Assembly: GCA_030390025.1 (NCBI GenBank) | Contig: CM059433.1 | Coordinates: forward strand, 310,001 to 374,000 | DNA: 64,000 nt | Direction of reading: 5' to 3' | Source of the DNA: Squalus acanthias | Lineage: Eukaryota | Notes under the pieces: model-generated | What the model was told of the DNA's origin: nothing | Database searches by the model: none | The model's input: only the letters and a program-made list of their open reading frames with translations | Made by a program: the position numbers and the translations under genes | Part shown: one piece after another, positions 61,772 through 64,000 of the stretch | Layout of the letters: the number at the start of each line of letters is the position of its first letter | Position numbering within the stretch: position 1 is the first letter of the stretch

Positions 61772-63148
61772 GGGCCAGATTTTGCGGTAGAAATAACGGT
61801 GAGGCCCGCCGTTATTTACATGGAAATCGGAAAGCAACTTTCGGCGACCACACATGCGCAGTTAAATACAGAAATCAGGAAGTTGTTGTTTGATATGCCC
61901 TGCTCCTCTAAAAGCTGCACTATAATGGTATCTTGCCGTCTGACTCACTGTTCAATTACATTGAACGGGGGGTGAAGTTGCTGTACTTACCTCAGAGATA
62001 CAGACTAAACTCGCCAGAAAAAGTTAAAGCATGTCCATTCCAGTGTAAGTTCCCTTTTAATGGCATGGTAAGTCTTAATTACTGCCAAACAACCCCTCTG
62101 GCACTGAAAATTAACTTTTACATGTGTGGAATCTCATTCCTTCAGATTTTAATTATCGTGGAGATTTAAAATTTTTTTAAAATGTTGTTTACTTTTTCTG
62201 TATCTTTCTCTTAATCCAGTCTTTCTTTCCATCTCTTTGTTTTGATTTCTGTACCTGATTTGACATTGAATTATATATTCTAACTGACACTTCCTGGTTC
62301 AGACTCTGCGCTGCTCATTAACAATTCTGCAATCTGGTTAAGGAGATGCACAGTTACTTGCCCTGGTCACACAGGTCTCATAAGAACATAAGAAACAGGA
62401 GCAGGAGTAGGCCAATCGCCCCTCGAGCCTGCTCCGCCATTCAATAAGATCATGGCTGATCCAATCTTGGCCTCAACACCACTTTCCCGCTCTCTCCCCA
62501 TACCCCTTGACTCCCTTGTAGTTAAAACGTCTGTCAATCTCCGCCTTGAATATATTCAATGACTCCGCCTCCACAGCTCTCTGGGGTAGAGAATTCCAAA
62601 GATTCACGACCCTCAGAGAAGAAATTCCTCCTCATCTCCGTCTTAAATTGGCTAACGCTTATTCTGAAACTATGCCCCCTAGTTCTAGATACCCCCACTA
62701 GGGGAAACATCCTCTCTGCATCCACCCTGTCAATCCCCCTCAGAATCTTATATGTTTCAATAAGATCACCTCTCATTCTTCTAAACTCCAATGAGTATAG
62801 GCCCAACTTGCTCAACTTTTCGTCATACGTCAACCCCTTCATCCCAGGAATCAACCTAGTGAACCTTCTCTGCACTGCCTCCAATGCAAGCATATCCTTC
62901 CTTAAATATGGAGACCAAAACTGTGCAGTACTCCAGGTGCGGTCTCACCAGAGCCCTGTAAAGTTGCATCAAAACTTCCCTACTATTATACTCCATACCC
63001 CTCAGCTTCCCTGTAGAGGGCGCTGTTCTTTTTGGCTCTCTAATTTACAGTAAGTTCCAGTGTAAAATCCCATATAAAATCTATGGGCAAGTGCACGTTC
63101 AATGAATGGTTGGCACTGTTCATTCACCGCTGAGAGAAAAATCAGGCC
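61772..63148. mobile_element. Harbinger-like MITE interrupted by a CR1 fragment
   Basis: Ends gggccagattttgc / aaaaatcaggcc; flanked on both sides by purine-rich old LINE-like sequence. Confidence 0.55.
62379..63000 (-). mobile_element. CR1 3' fragment
   Basis: ORF 62534-62893 (QRRFTRLIPGMKGL); tail cataagaacataagaa. Confidence 0.93.
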
Positions 63149-64000
63149 TTTAGTATAGGAGAAGGTTACTGGGTATAGGTGTTGTGAGTAGTTGAAGGGG
63201 TGGATAGTGAGTACTGGGGAGGGGTTAGCTGAAGGAAGAAGAGGGAAGAGAGAAGTTTGGATTGTAGCTAGTGGGCATGGGAGTAATGGGTATTTGGGAC
63301 AGGGAATAGTTTGGAGATGGGTCGTGGGTACTGAGGAGATGGTGGGTGTACGGGGTAGTGATAGATATCGGTGGGGAATTTGACGGAGGTAGAATGAGGC
63401 ATCTAAGACAGGTAAACTCAGCAATTTGAAATAATTATAAATTGAGAGGTTTGATGTTCGGTGGACAAAGGGATATGGAGGACTGGAGAGGAAGATCTAC
63501 TTGGACCTGGAGAGCTATCGAGAAGTGCAGCGGGAGCATTGCCAAAGTGGACACAGGCAGCCACGGAGGAAGAGTAGGGCTGAAGTAGCTGGAAATACAT
63601 AATGGAACCAAGTAGACATGAGGGGGGATCCAAATGGAAATAAATCTATGTAAATGAGGAAGAATGGAGAAGGTAGAGATAGAAGGGCTGAAGCAGAAGT
63701 GGAGAGGAGTGAGAACAGAAAGTGCCCTTTATTCACAAAGAACAAGCTAAGCCCAATTTTATGAATAAAATAATAGTCTTTAATAGGCCAGCAATTAACA
63801 ACTTGGGCTCTAAAAATGGGATTTGTCCAAATTAATTATGTGTTGTTGCTGATATTTCCGTCCAACTTTTTTTAATTTTCGAACTTGTCATGGATTATTT
63901 ACAACTGAGTTGTTTGCTAGGCCACTTCAGAGGGCATTAGGAGTCAACCACGAAGTAGGACTGAATTCACTGGCAAGCTAGGCTCCCTTCCTTGAAGAAT

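Noticed and set aside
63901..64000. Possible SINE fragment, loosely similar to 24515-24583
   Set aside because: It is too short and diverged, and truncated by the window end; the family cannot be supported from the sequence alone.

Overview
This is eukaryotic, repeat-dominated vertebrate DNA. The CR1 3' tails, Penelope pLTR types and SINE types look chondrichthyan (shark-like), which is an inference from family resemblance. It contains no prokaryotic genes, no CRISPR array and no rRNA or tRNA. Most of the window is transposon-derived. There are about 11 CR1-clade LINE copies, one with both ORFs intact (45431-49650), plus L2, RTE and a further non-LTR clade. There are also two solo LTRs with 4-bp TSDs, Penelope-like elements whose pseudo-LTRs carry minimal hammerhead ribozymes, and PIF/Harbinger elements (a spliced Myb/SANT pseudogene, a transposase relic and several MITEs). 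A 12.6-kb block (8296-20895) is a nested stack of insertions inside one CR1. The likely host feature is a CpG-rich promoter region (about 41650-44190), whose core is 35 tandem CCAAT-box + GC-box units directly upstream of a probable first exon. The host gene could not be identified. The most notable observations are the CCAAT/GC-box promoter array, ORF1/ORF2/3'-tail module shuffling among CR1 copies, a CR1 5' UTR built from 74-bp splice-site/hairpin monomers, and two families of hammerhead-bearing elements. None is proven to be a new system; all need the stated checks.
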